Shown: positions 23,276-39,916, counted from the stretch's first letter. The stretch is 64,000 nucleotides of DNA from Octopus sinensis (GCF_006345805.1 NC_043001.1:16058001-16122000), one strand, 5' to 3'. The notes: generated by a model not told the origin, from the letters alone. Program-made: numbers and translations.

Positions 23276-24719
23276 TCTAATTTAAACACAAGGTCAGCGG
23301 GGAGGGAGGGGGTTTAATTAACTCGAGGCCAGTACTTAAATGATGAGAAATAACAGGCAAAATTGGCCTCGACGGGATTTCAACTGAAAAGCCGAAACAA
23401 ATTCCTTAGCACAAATTTTGTTCGACGCTCTTACAAATCTGCCAACCCACCACAGTGTCTTCGGTTTTAATTTAGGCACAAAGTCAACAACTTTGAGGGG
23501 AGGGGTTAGTTAGTATTTAACAAAAAAGAAACGTTTATATTGCCTTAGTCCAATAGTTGTAAACCTTCCAAATAGTTCAATGAGGATCGTTGTGCGAAAT
23601 AAAAGCAAAAATAGAAAATATTTTTCTTCAGTTACATCTGCGAAGAATCGAGGAATATCGGAGAAGAATTTTACACGTCAGACTGTAGCCTGTAGCAACA
23701 TTAAGTCTTTCTACTATAGACGCAGGCGCAGGAGTGGCTTTGTGGTAAGTAGCTTGCTAACCAACCACATGGTTCCGGGTTCAGTCCCACTGCGTGGCAT
23801 CTTGCGCAAGTGTCTTCTGCTATAGCCCCCGGACCGACCAATGCATTGTGAGTGGATTTGGTAGACGGAAACTGAAAGAAGCCTGTCGTATATATATGTA
23901 TATATATGTATATGTATGTGTGTGTGTGTTTGTATGTCTGTGTTTGTCCCCCTAGTATTGCTAGACAACCGATGCTGGTGTGTTTACGTCCCCGTCACTT
24001 AGCGGTTCGGCAAAAGAGACTGATAGAATAAGCACTGGGCTTACAAAGAATAAGTCCTGGGGTCGATTTGCTCGACTAAAGGCGGTGCTCCAGCATGGCC
24101 ACAGTCAAATGACTGAAACAAGTAAAAGAGTAAAAGAGTAAAAGAGGGCCTGAAATTTGGAGGAAGGAGGTTAGTTGATTACATCGACCCCAGTGCTCAA
24201 CTGGTACTTATTTCATCGACCCCAAAATGATGGAAATCAGAGTCGATCTCATGGCATTTGACTGCAGAACGTAGAACCGCAAGAAATGTAGCAAAGCATT
24301 GTCTTTGGAGTGCTAACGATTCTGCTTGTTCGCGGCCTTTAAATAATGGTCTCAAATTTTGGCACAGGGCAAGCAGTTTTTCAAGGGAGGGATTAAGTCG
24401 ATTACATTGATCCCAGTACTTGATTGGCACTTATTTTATCGACCTTGAAAGGATGAAACGCAAAGCTGACCTCGTGGAATTTGAACTAAGAAAGTAAGCA
24501 TTTTGTTCGATATGCTAAAACTTCTGCCAGTTTGTCGACTTACTGGCGCAAAAATTGGTTTCAAATTTTGGTAGAATGCCAGCAAGTTCGGAGGTGGGGA
24601 TTAACCGATTACATCGATCCAAGTACTCACACTGGTACTTATTTATCAACTCAAAAAAGATAAAAGACAAAATCGAATTCCTCGGCATTTGAACTCGGAA
24701 CATCTTAATAATAATAATG

Positions 24720-25547
24720 TAGAGATACCGTGGAATCTAATGCAACACTGTGATTATGAAATTGAACATCGAAATCCCGATATGATGGTTATGAATAAAG
24801 AATGGAAGAAAAAGACGCTGGTTATGGCTGGTTATGGCTGATGGACGGAAACCTTAACTGAGAGACCGAAGCGCTAATTATAGCCGCTCCAGAACAATCC
24901 ATTAGAACGAATCTGATAAGTGCAAAGACCGACAAAACTTAGAGAGCAAAAGTAGAATCTGTAGGAAAAGAGACGGAAGTATTAATAATCTCTAGAGTAA
25001 ATGCAGTAAGCTAGCACAAAAAGAGTATAAGTGCAGGTATTACGGTGTAAATAGAAGAGTGCATTAGGATATTAGCCGAGTAGTGAGGCATCGAAATAAC
25101 AGGAAATTGACTGTAATAAAGAAAAAGAATTACTGAAACTTATGGGACTTCCTTATAAAAACTAACCATATTACGAAAGAATGAAGGCCAGATATGATTA
25201 CAGAGTATAAAATAAAACAGTGTTAAGTTAAATTTTTGGCTCAAAAAGCAATATTGTAATAATATATAATAATATGTAATATTAAAGACTTTGTAATTCC
25301 CTATGATAACAGAGGAGAAATGCTAGGATCTAGCCAGAGAAGTGAAGAGATTGTGGAAGACTAAGATAACAATTATTCTGGTAATAATTGGTGCTTCCTA
25401 AAGCCAGAAAGATACTGGAACTGAAATTCGCATTGTCGACTTGCAGAAAACTGCTATGTTCTATTCTGCAAGAATCTTAAGGAAGATTCTTGAAATTTGA
25501 GGAGACTTGTTATCACCAAAACTCAAGACAGCATTCCTGCAAATTGG

Positions 25548-25550
<3 letters not shown>
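24720..25550 (+). mobile_element. Old, decayed R4/Dong-like retrotransposon 3' fragment(s)
   Basis: Remnants of ETEALIIAA, RPDMI, PVIIGA and DLQKTAMFYSARILRKIL (endonuclease C-terminus); flanked by (TAA)n. Confidence 0.6.
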
Positions 25551-25580
<30 letters not shown>

Positions 25581-25613
25581 TGATGATGATGATGATGATG
25601 ATGATGATAATAA

Positions 25614-25644
<31 letters not shown>

Positions 25645-25881
25645 AACAACAACAATAATAATAATAATAATCCTTTCTACTATAGGCACAAGGCCTGAAA
25701 TTTTGGGGAAGGGACCATTTGATTACATCGATCCCGATACATAACTGGTACTTAATTTATATACCCCGAAGGGTTGAAAGGTAAAGTCGACTTCGGCGGA
25801 ATTTGAACTCAGAATGTAGTGCAGACGAGATGCCGCTAGGCGTTTAGCCCGGCGTGCTAACGATTCTACCAGTTCGCTACC

Positions 25882-28404
<2,523 letters not shown>

Positions 28405-28649
28405 GCCAGCCAACGAGACAGACAGACACTACTGTGATGGTGATAATGATAAAAAAACAAAAATAACAATAATAAGATACTGCTGTGACTACACATAAAA
28501 CAATATCATTGATGATAATGGTGGTGATGGTGATGGTGATGATGATAATGATGATGGCAATGGTGGTGATAATGATGATAGTGATGGTAATGGTGATGAT
28601 AATAACAATAATAAGCCGACTACGGCTGCTATAATGGTACGATTATAAT

Positions 28650-31600
28650 TGTAACGGCAATGATGGCCGTCTCCCCACGAGCCAATCAAAGCTAAAAAAT
28701 GATAACATTATCGTAGCACCAAAATGTTTTTGGAAACTAAAAGGAAAACTAATCAGTATACCAAATCGCTTGTCCTATGGTTAATCTCGAAGCGCGTCCC
28801 CCAGGGAAGAGCCAGCCTGGGATCGAAAAGTCATCAACTGGCACAAACTCTTCTCCGAATACGGACATGGATGGTCACTTGAACGGGAAATCCCCCAACT
28901 CGAGCCCTCCAAGTTCACCACCACAACCACCACAGAAAGAAAAATGTAAGCGGAACAAATGGACCCGAGAAGAGTATAAAGAAGTAATATACGCTTATTA
29001 CTATGCATTAGGTAGGCCATCTCAAGAGAGACACACCGCAAACTCTTACAGTAAATGGAGAACACGGAATCAAGATAGTAGGCCCTATTTGGACGAGAAC
29101 AAATTAGCAAATGTGAGGAGGGATATCTTTAGAAATAACAGACTCACAGACAGTGAAATAAGCGCGATCAAGCACGCAACGGAAAATGACATAAATATAA
29201 GACACAAAGGAAATGAAGAATCATATGAACAGTATAGCCCGCCACGAGGCTTAATTGAAAGACTGCCATCTGACCAAAGTACGCAAAGGCCTGAATATAC
29301 AAGAAATTCTATTGTACCAGTTAAAGATAGCCAGGAAAACGAAAAAACAACAGTAACTGAAGATCTCGCATTTGCTGAAGAACACAGAGAGTCTATGGCA
29401 GAAATGAGGCAGAAAATCCTGAATACGCTTGAAGTTGTAAGACATACAAGTATGAATGATAGAGAATCGCTTCATAAACTCTCAAATACAAACCAAAATA
29501 AAAAACAATCCAAATTGGCAACTATGTAACAAATGAAATAATACGATAATTAAAACCTGATTTTACTGAGTTAAATGAAATTATTTACGCTTCTGCTAGG
29601 GCAATTGAAACCAGCTGTATGCCCCCGAAAAAACAAAGAAAACAAACCTGGGAAGAAATCAAACCTGGAGAAGTAAAATTGAAAAAGAGATTGAATTTAT
29701 GAGAGGGGAAATATCAATATTAAATTAACTAATATGTGGAAATGATGTAAGATCTAGAACAGGAAGAAAGATGAAGAGAAAATTTGGATCCGCACCAAGA
29801 GAAGAACTGATATCAATAAAAGAAACGCTGAAACAAAAAGTCCAAGCAAAAGCCCAAAGAATACGAAGATTTGAGAAGAGAAACAAGTTTTACAAGCAAA
29901 ATAAGCTGTTCACATCCAATGCCAAAAAATTCTACAGAGAAATAGGGAAGGAGAAAGTAACCGTTAAAGACCCCCCTCCCATGGAAGAAGTTCAAAACTT
30001 TTGGACAAGGATTTGGAGTGACAAGAAGACGTACAACATAAATGCAGACTGGATTATACAAACTGAAGGATCCTACCAAAATTTACAACAACAAGCATGG
30101 GAAGACATCACAATAGCAGACCTAAGAAAGGCACTCACGAAGGCCCATAATTGGAAATCCCCGGTAAAGATAGGGTGCCGAATTTCTGGCTCGCATCGCT
30201 CCGTGCGCACACGGTAAGCTAGTTCAGCTGCTCAATGGAATTATGAGAGACCCAAAGAAAACACCTGAATGGTTAGCAAGTGGCATTACTTACCTACTCC
30301 CAAAGAATAACGAAACCAACCTTCCAAAAAACTATCGGCCTATAACCTGTCTATCCACCACGTATAAAATCCTAACATCTATCCTGGCGGAGAAAACATA
30401 TGCATTCATGGAGAAGAACGATATTTTCCCCATTGAACAAAAAGGGTGCCGCCGAGGCTCTTACGGATGCAAAGATCAACTGCTAATCAATCGTATGATC
30501 CTTGAGAACTGTCACAACAAGCGCAGAAATCTCAGCACCGCATGGATTGACTATAAAAAGGCCTTCGACAGTATACCGCATCCATGGATCTTGAGATCGC
30601 TGGACATCTTCAAAATTTCCCCTGTGATTTCAAACTTCCTGAAGCACAATATGTCGTTGTGGAATACGAATCTCCAATTATACCACTCTAATGGAGTACT
30701 TGCCTCAGAAAATATAAACATCAACTGTGGAATTTTTCAAGGTGACTCACTTTCACCTTTAATATTCTGCATAGCCCTAATACCCCTTACAAGTGAATTA
30801 AACAGAACAGGGTATGGGTATAAAATTGCCAATAAAAAAATAAGCCATCTATTTTATATGGATGACTTAAAACTTTATGGTAAAGACAATAATGAACTTG
30901 AAGGCCTATTGCGCACCGTGAAAGCATTCAGCGATGACATCGGGATGGAGTTTGGACTTGAGAAGTGTGCCAAGGCCACTTTCCAGAAAGGGAAAGTGAA
31001 GACCACAAATTCAGTCGTGTTAGATGTTGACACAGTCATAAGAGAGCTTGAGCAAGAACAAACATACAAATATTTAGGGATAAATGAAGGCTCTGGTATT
31101 CAGCATGCAAGCATGAAAGAGAAAATCAGGAAGGAATGTTATAGGAGAGTTCGTGCAGTCCTGAAATCTGATCTAAATGCACGTAACAAGGTGTTAGCTA
31201 TAAATTCCTTAGCAGTTCCAGTTGTTACTTATAGCTACAATGTGTTGAACTGGAATATGAGTGAAGTAAAGAACATAGACAGAAAAATACGCAAGCTGCT
31301 GAGTTGTAATAGGATGCACCATCCAAAGGCAGACGTAGATCGCCTTTACCTTCCCAGAGCCCAAGGAGGTCGAGGCCTGATCCAATTTGAACTAGCTTAC
31401 AAAACAACCACAATTGGACTGGCCAATATCTCGAAATATCGAATGACTGGATGCTAAAGCTCGTGGAAAATCACGAGAGACGAAGAAGCTTCATTCTATC
31501 ATCAAGGAAAGCAAAAATTTGCTATTGATCTCGTGCAGGATACCCAAACTGAACAACCCGAGGGAAGTACGGCAACTATTGTTGCAAAGAAGGTGAAAAT

Positions 31601-32580
31601 GATGGCAATGAAAAAAGCGCACGAGCAATTCGCTGATAGGTGGGAGGAGAAACCTCTGCACGGCAAATATGTGACCCGCAGCAAACAAGCTGATGTTGAC
31701 CAGAAACAAACCCATCAGTGGCTGCGGAGCTCAGGGCTAAAAGCAGAGAGCGAAGGTTTCATCCTGGCTGCTCAAAACCAAAGCCTATTAACCCGGAACT
31801 ACCAGGCCAATGTGATGAAAAATGGAGCAGACCCAAAATGCCGATTCTGCAACGACATGATTGAAACAGTGGACCACCTAATCTCTGGATGTAAAGTCTT
31901 AGCACCAGTGGAGTATAAATTAAGACATGACAGAGTTGGCCAATATCTCCACTGGCTAATAAGTCGGCATTACAATATCAAAACTGCCGACAAGTGATAT
32001 AAGCACCACCCTGAGGCTGTAACTGAAGGAGAAAATGTAACCATTCTGTGGGACTTTCCAGTACATACAGACCGAACCATCAAGGCCAATAAACCAGATA
32101 TTGTTGTGAAAGACCAAAACAATAAAGTTTGCTTATTGATCGACATGAGCATCCCCTGTGATCATAATATCTCAGCGAAAGAGTTTGACAAGCTCAGAAA
32201 ATATAAAGACCTACTCATTGAAATTGAGAAAATGTGGCATCTCAAGGCGGTTACATACCAGTGATCGTAGGAGCACTAGGAATGATCAAGAAGGGAACCG
32301 AAAATTATATGAGAATGATCCCTGGCTTACCATCCCTGCAAGAAGTGCAAAAGATTGTCTTAACTGGTACATCACACGTATTGAGAAGAGCATTGTCGAT
32401 GTGAGAACTGTTGCTGCTCATGTATTTTAATTTAACTTTAAAAAAAAAAAAAAAAAAAATGAACGAACTACTGAGTTTGGTTTAATGGCCTACCAATATA
32501 CACTATGAGTTTCTTTGCCCTAGGAGTCGGGAAGACACTCGGCAAGAAATGGAAGAAAATTTGAAAGAAGAAAAAAAAAG
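28650..32580 (+). mobile_element. R4/Dong-clade RLE retrotransposon, near full length (single ORF about 28777-32404, disrupted)
   Basis: N-terminal KRNKWTREEYKEVIYAYY, RT motifs (QGDSLSP, YMDD), CCHC knuckle, RHD, KPDIVV...IDMSIP...KY endonuclease. Several frameshifts and a TGA at 31995; ends in (TAA)n. Confidence 0.93.
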
Positions 32581-32606
32581 TAATAATAATAATAATAATA
32601 ATAACA

Positions 32607-32631
<25 letters not shown>

Positions 32632-32637
<6 letters not shown>

Positions 32638-33460
32638 TTTAGTGGCTGACGATATGTGCATTTCTGATCATGAGCAGAAGTAGTGGGGGAGCATCATAGC
32701 CATGTGTTGAGAGGGATTCTTTGGGGTTTGGATAATTCACCCCTGAAAGCATGGGTGTTTTGTTCAACATCCTTAAACAACCTTTATTCAGGGATCATTT
32801 GAGTGGGATGGGCTACTCAACCTGAAGAAAATTCTAACTGAGCCCCACCTGCATGGTCATGTGCTGTTTATCTTGATATGAGATCACCATGTCGAGCACA
32901 TATGGTTGTGATGCATGTGCCTGGTGTACACTTATCAGACGGATAGTCATGGTGGGTATACTGCGCTTCGTATATTTTACCCCAGTGTCACTTTGATGGC
33001 ATGTACTGCTCTCTCACTCAATAATAATAATAGCGTTATCTCGTACATGTTTTGTCTTGGTGTAGATGACGGGCTACAGCAAATATTCTGTTCAATACCA
33101 CAGTTGAGCATATCCCTTAGTGGCTAACGGTATGTGCATCTCTGATTACGAGCAGAAGTAGTGGGGGAACATCATAGCCATGTATTGAGAGAGGAGTTCT
33201 TTGGGGTTTGAATAATTCACCTCTGGAAACATGGGTATTTCGTTCAGCATCTTTAAACAACACTTATTCAAGAACCCTTTGAGCAGGATGGGCTACTCGA
33301 CCTGAAGAAAATTCTAACTGGGCTCCACCTGCAAGGCCTAGAGAGGTTTATCTTGATATGAGATCACCATCTCGCGCACATATGGTTGTGATGCATGTGC
33401 CTGGTGTACCATTATCAGACGGGTACACCATATACATGTATATTTATACCCCAGGGTCGC
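32632..33460 (+). mobile_element. Two tandem copies of a non-coding ~500-bp repeat (family E) associated with (TAA)n
   Basis: agcagaagtagtgggggagcatcatagcc...cagtgtcactttgatggcatg...ctctctcactcaataataat. Other copies at 40995-41497(-) and 54050-54547(+). Confidence 0.85.
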
Positions 33461-33504
33461 TGCTCTATCAGTCAACAACAACAACAACAACAACAACTCT
33501 GCAG

Positions 33505-33710
33505 TACCAGTCAGTGACTCTCATGGCTTCTGATCTTGAAAGAGTGAAAGAAAGTCGGGGCGAAAGAGTACAACAGGGGTCGCCACCACCCCCTGCCGGA
33601 GCCTCGTGGTGCTTTAGGTGTTTTTCGCTCAATAAACACACACAACGCTCAGTCTGGGAATCGAAACCGCAATCCTCCGACCGCGAGTCCACTGGGCCAT
33701 TGCGCCTCCA
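33505..33710 (-). mobile_element. SINE family C, partial
   Basis: Reverse complement of the ggaggcgcaatggcccagtgg head seen at 44059. Confidence 0.8.
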
Positions 33711-34058
33711 CTGTTGTTGCTGTTGTTCTTGTTTTCATATTTTTTCCACCTTTACATTCTGAGTTCAAATTTCCCCATTTTCATAGTCGATAAAATAGGC
33801 ACCAGTCAGACACTGAGATCGACTTACCCACCTCTCCCAAACTGCTGGTCTTGTGCCAAAATTAGAAAGCATTATTACAATTTAATAATGTAAACGTGCG
33901 CATTTCCACATGTAAAGTTGCAAAATTAGTATAAATTACAAATGGGAGATTATGGTATACTGTAGTTTTTCATGCAAAAAGCTACGTATACATATTCATA
34001 TAAGCCTCTCCAAAACGTCTCTCCTTTTGATTCTCCATTTCTGAGTAACGTTTTTCTA

Positions 34059-34235
34059 TTGGGTTGTCCGGAAAGTTCGTGCCGATTTATAGTAGCTTAC
34101 ATTTCGACTTATTTTAGAACATGGTTAAGTCCATAAAATAGGATTTGACTATACCTCCATTTAGAGCACAGCTTAAGCTATCATCTTTTCGTGGAAGAAG
34201 GTTTATGTTTCTATAACCTGTGTTAATTCTGTGAC
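34059..34235 (+). mobile_element. mariner 5' end fragment
   Basis: TA-TTGGGTTGTCCGGAAAGTTCGTGCCG, near-identical to the element at 52308. Confidence 0.85.
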
Positions 34236-34625
34236 TAATTAATTCAGAACTTATTTTTTAAAGGCCTGGTTCTTATTACAGTGACTATTTAGCCGCACCA
34301 CCCAGTTGGGAAGACGATAACAAACCAGCAGCGGTTGTCAAATATATGTGTCACAAAGATATACAAATATATATATTTCTTTATTGCCCACAAGGGACTA
34401 AACATAGAGGGGACAAACAAGGACAGACAAAGGGATTAAGTCGATTACATCGACCCCAGTGCGTAACTGGTACTTAATTTATCGACTCCGAAAGAATGAA
34501 AGGCAAAGTCGACCTCGGCGGAATTTGAACTCAGAACGTAACGGCAGACGAAATACGGCTACGCATTTCGCCCGGGGTGCTAACGTTTCTGCCAGCTCGC
34601 CGCCTTCAGATATACAAATATATAA

Positions 34626-34660
<35 letters not shown>

Positions 34661-35004
34661 GCGCGCACGGACGCACAACAGGCTTCTTTTAGTTTCCGTC
34701 AACCAGATTCATTCACAAGGCCTTGTGAGACCCGGGGCTCTAGTGAAATGCACTGTCTCCAAGGTTCCTAGCAGTGGGAATGAACCAGAGACCTTGTGGT
34801 TGAGAAGCAAGCTTCCACACTTGCGCCTACAAATAATATAGAAATAAAACTAATAAAAACATAATTAAAAATACTAATATTTAATGGAGGTAACAAAAGC
34901 CTAAAACCGTGAGCATTACTATTCTGGTGACAGCCAGTGTGCGTGCGTGTGAGCGTGCGAGCGTGTGTGTGTGTGTGCGTGTGTGTATGTGTGTGTGTCT
35001 GTGT

Positions 35005-35040
<36 letters not shown>

Positions 35041-35254
35041 ATATAGATATACGGGTGTTGAACAAAGCGTGTGTGGAATATACACAAAAGGCTTGTGGAA
35101 TGTTTATATAATTTGATGTCTCTTCGCTCATGTCTTTGTGTCCCAATTGGTTTGATTAACGGCAAAAAAGCTTCGCCCATTTATTTCTTGTTTGCAGACA
35201 TAAGTGGAGTGTGAATGTATGTATAGGTAAGCGTTTATGTACTTACGAATATAC

Positions 35255-35285
<31 letters not shown>

Positions 35286-35490
35286 TGTATGTATGTATGT
35301 ATGTATGTATGTATGTATTTATGTGTATGTGTGCGTATGTGTGTGTGTGTATATATATATATATACATGCATATAAATAATAAGGGTAACTTATGCGCAA
35401 TTTTGTGTATGTGCGTGCGTGTATATATATATATATATATATGCATATAAATAATAAGGGTAACTTATGCGCAATTTTGTGTATGTAAAT

Positions 35491-35539
<49 letters not shown>

Positions 35540-35543
<4 letters not shown>

Positions 35544-35593
35544 GAATATATATATGTATGTATGTGTATGTATGTGTATGTATATGTGTACGT

Positions 35594-35624
<31 letters not shown>

Positions 35625-36614
35625 AATAATAAGGGTGGCTTATACGCAATTTTGCGTATGCATGTGCGTGTATATATATATATATATGTATATATATATA
35701 GGGTGAGCACAAGTGTGTACGTACGCTGCTATATGTGTATATAAATATAAAAAATGAAACAAAAACGCAACAGTGGACAATAAAACATTCGGACAGATAG
35801 ACGATAAAAAACGGACAGGAGAAACAACATTTAGGACAGGGAAAAAGAGGACACGTCATTCATGGCCTTCTTTCTTCAGTCAAGTTACCAGATATCCTTA
35901 CTGTTTCTGACAGTTTCACTTGGGATAGTTCAATCCAGTTTTCCCGCAAAAAGTCTAAGCAAAGAGCATTAGATTTTTTGTAAGAAACCTAGCGAATGTG
36001 TACGGCAACAAAGACAAAAAAACGGAGGACATAGTACACAATTACAAATACAAGCAACAAGAATATGACAACAGGTGTCTTTCGGCTGAGAACGAATCAA
36101 ATGAGCTGACGTGTATGAAGTGAAAGCCTAAAGGCAGGAACATCGGAGATGGACATAAGAGGTGTTGGCAGTCGGCAGTCAGGCCAAGAAAGAAAGATCA
36201 TGGCTGGCCGGACACCGGACATATGGAAGGAGGAGAGAGGAGTAGAGACAGTGATATTGAAGGATTAGAAAAAATTAGAGACGAAGGGAAAGGTACAAGA
36301 GAGATAAACAATGAGGAAAAGTGGGAGGTAAAGGAAGAAAGGGTCGAGAAATGTGAGAGAGGGCGGGGGGCGAAAAAAGGGAAAGAGGAAGAAAGTATGA
36401 CGGGGACTAAAAGATAGAGTAAAAGAGTTGTTTAGATACATACTTACTATATAGTGAGTACAAGTGTGTACGTACGCCGCTATATGTATATGTAAAAATA
36501 AAAAATGGATGTTCCAAGAATGACCTGTCCTTTCCCGCCCCTGTCCTAATTATTGTTTCTCCTGTCCGTCTTTGTATCGCCTATCTGTCCGGTTCTCTTT
36601 TGCGTTTTTGTTCC

Positions 36615-36661
<47 letters not shown>

Positions 36662-36667
36662 TACATA

Positions 36668-36704
<37 letters not shown>

Positions 36705-37923
36705 TATTATTATTATTATTATTTATTATTATTATTATCCAAACTTACAAGGAAAAAGAATTCAATTTAGAAATACTAAATCAAATTCCACACAATATAA
36801 TATATATATAATATATATATATATACGAATATATATATGTATGTATGTGTATGTATGTGTATGTATGTGTATGTATGTGTATGTATGTGTATGTATATGT
36901 GTACGTATGTGTGTATATATATATATACATATAAATAATAAGGGTGGCTTATACGCAATTTTGCGTATGCATGTGCGTGTATATATATATATATGTATAT
37001 ATATATAGGGTGAGCACAAGTGTGTACGTACGCTGCTATATGTGTATTATAAATATAAAAAATGAAACAAAAACGCAACAGTGGACAATAAAACATTCGG
37101 ACAGATAGACGATAAAAAACGGACAGGAGAAACAACATTTAGGACAGGGAAAAAGAGGACACGTCATTCATGGCCTTCTTTCTTCAGTCAAGTTACCAGA
37201 TATCCTTACTGTTTCTGACAGTTTCACTTGGGATAGTTCAATCCAGTTTTCCCGCAAAAAGTCTAAGCAAAGAGCATTAGATTTTTTGTAAGAAACCTAG
37301 CGAATGTGTACGGCAACAAAGACAAAAAAACGGAGGACATAGTACACAATTACAAATACAAGCAACAAGAATATGACAACAGGTGTCTTTCGGCTGAGAA
37401 CGAATCAAATTGAGCTGACGTGTATGAAGTGAAAGCCTAAAGGCAGGAACATCGGAGATGGACATAAGAGGTGTTGGCAGTCGGCAGTCAGGCCAAGAAA
37501 GAAAGATCATGGCTGGCCGGACACCGGACATATGGAAGGAAGAGAGAGGAGTAGAGACAGTGATATTGAAGGATTAGAAAAAATTAGAGACGAAGGGAAA
37601 GGTACAAGAGAGATAAACAATGAGGAAAAGTGGGAGGTAAAGGAAGAAAGGGTCGAGAAATGTGAGAGAGGGCGGGGGGCGAAAAAAGGGAAAGAGGAAG
37701 AAAGTATGACGGGGACTAAAAGATAGAGTAAAAGAGTTGTTTAGATACATACTTACTATATAGTGAGTACAAGTGTGTACGTACGCCGCTATATGTATAT
37801 GTAAAAAAAAAAAATGGATGTTCCAAGAATGACCTGTCCTTTCCCGCCCCTGTCCTAATTATTGTTTCTCCTGTCCGTCTTTGTATCGCCTATCTGTCCG
37901 GTTCTCTTTTGCGTTTTTGTTCC

Positions 37924-37970
<47 letters not shown>

Positions 37971-37976
37971 TACATA

Positions 37977-38013
<37 letters not shown>

Positions 38014-38120
38014 TTATTATTATTATTATTATTTATTATTATTATTATCCAAACTTACAAGGAAAAAGAATTCAATTTAGAAATACTAAATCAAATTCCA
38101 CACAATATAATATATATATA
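35540..38120. repeat. Near-identical 1309-bp tandem duplication; each unit holds a Penelope-pLTR-like direct/inverted repeat
   Basis: 36223 and 37532 start near-identical blocks. Within a unit, 35702-35755 is repeated at 36455-36505 and 35755-35870 is inverted at 36510-36620. Confidence 0.85.
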
Positions 38121-38412
38121 AATATTAGAAAAAAATCACCTTTTATCAATTCAAAATGAATAATTAAATTACACCATCTAGAAAATTACATATAAAAGAA
38201 AAGTTAAAATTAAAATAACAATAAAAAGTAAAGATTAAGTAAATTACGAAAATTAAAAATAATAATAATAATAATGTTTTTCTACCTATTATATACATTA
38301 TTATTTTTTTTTGTTGTAATTTACTTGTTCATTTTGAATTGATAAAAGGTGTTTTTTTTCTAATATATATATATATTATATATATATATATGTATATATA
38401 TATACATGTATG

Positions 38413-38448
<36 letters not shown>

Positions 38449-38454
38449 ATAAAA

Positions 38455-39355
38455 AAATAAATATAAGAGAGTGGTCACTATATGGCTCACTCTAGCACCA
38501 GTTAATCCAAAAGGTTTCAACCACAAAATACATGTTTCCCATGAAAGTCAGTACGATTGTTAGCTCACACGGACAGGGCAAATAAAAATAACAAAAATAC
38601 AGATTATTTTGGGACAATTGTTTCGCTATTAATGAATTAAATGTAATTTTAACTGGTGCTAGAGTGAGCCATATAGTGACCACTCTCTTATATTTATTTT
38701 GTAAAAATATTATAATATATTATAAAATATTATAATAATCCAGGTTTCTCGGAGCACTAGGCCACTTGGTGTTGAATAGATATACTATTAAATTAGTATC
38801 TAATTCTCTCACCCTTATTAATTAATTATAATTATGCTACATTTATTTCTAAATGCAGTCTTTGTTTTCCGTGAAAGTTTGGCGCGCTGTTGGTTGGGGC
38901 ATTTGAATTATAACGTCGGATGTAATCAATTGAACCACACGCGTATTTATCGTTATGGTAAAATCTGGCGTGTGATTGAGTGGATTTCATCCAGATAGTT
39001 TTGGCTGACGAGCTACAAGTGGATTTTTTTGTAAGTAAAATTACATTTAATTCATTAATAGCGAAACAATTGTCCCAAAATAATCTGTATTTTTGTTATT
39101 TTTTATTTGCCCTGTCCGTGTGAGCTAACAATCGTACTGACTTTCATGGGAAACATGTATTTTTGTGGTTGAAACCTTTGGATTAACTGGTGCTAGAGTG
39201 AGCCATATAGTGACCACTCTCTTATATTTATTTTGTAAAAATATTATAATATATTATAAAATATTATAATAATCCAGGTTTCTCGGAGCACTAGGCCACT
39301 TGGTGTTGAATAGATATACTATTAAATTAGTATCTAATTCTCTCACCCTTATTAA

Positions 39356-39363
<8 letters not shown>
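38455..39363 (+). mobile_element. Non-coding Penelope-pLTR/retrozyme-like element: ~535-bp unit, ~178-bp terminal direct repeat, ~195-bp inverted 5' copy
   Basis: 38651-38830 equals 39186-39363. 38455-38650 is the reverse complement of 39037-39237. Embedded in (TA)n. Confidence 0.85.
38992..39087 (+). ncRNA. Type I hammerhead ribozyme motif (canonical core)
   Basis: ttttgg CTGACGA gcta...tagc GAAA C AATT G TC / ccaaaa. Stem I is extended by cagat/atctg; predicted cleavage after 39074. Confidence 0.85.
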
Positions 39364-39404
<41 letters not shown>

Positions 39405-39868
39405 CACATACATATATATATATAATATATGTATATATATACATGTATATATATATATATTTATATATATATACACATACATATATATATATATATATAC
39501 ATATATGTATACATTATATATATATTTACATATATGTATAACATACATACATGTATACATACATACATACAAATATATATATGTGTGTGTTTTGTGTGTG
39601 TGGAATTGTGTCTGTGTTTGTCTTCTCATCACCGCTTGATGTGTTTACATCCACGTAACTTGGTGGTTCGTCAAAAGGGTCCGACGGAATAAATACTACT
39701 CTTTAAAAAATAAGCCACGAGGCTGGTTTGCTGCGATTATTTTATCGATGACTGAGCAAAATTGTTATGATTTTTGGCCGATAACTGTCGAGGGACGAGC
39801 ATGTCTACGCCCTGTATCTGTTTTTCCGTGGGTTCCTTTGCCGCTCTTCTGTGCAATTTGTGACTCGT

Positions 39869-39916
<48 letters not shown>

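Noticed and set aside
28650-28830. HDV-like ribozyme at the 5' end of the Dong-like element
   Set aside because: I could not assemble the P1/P1.1/P2/P3 nested pseudoknot by eye; a descriptor search is needed.
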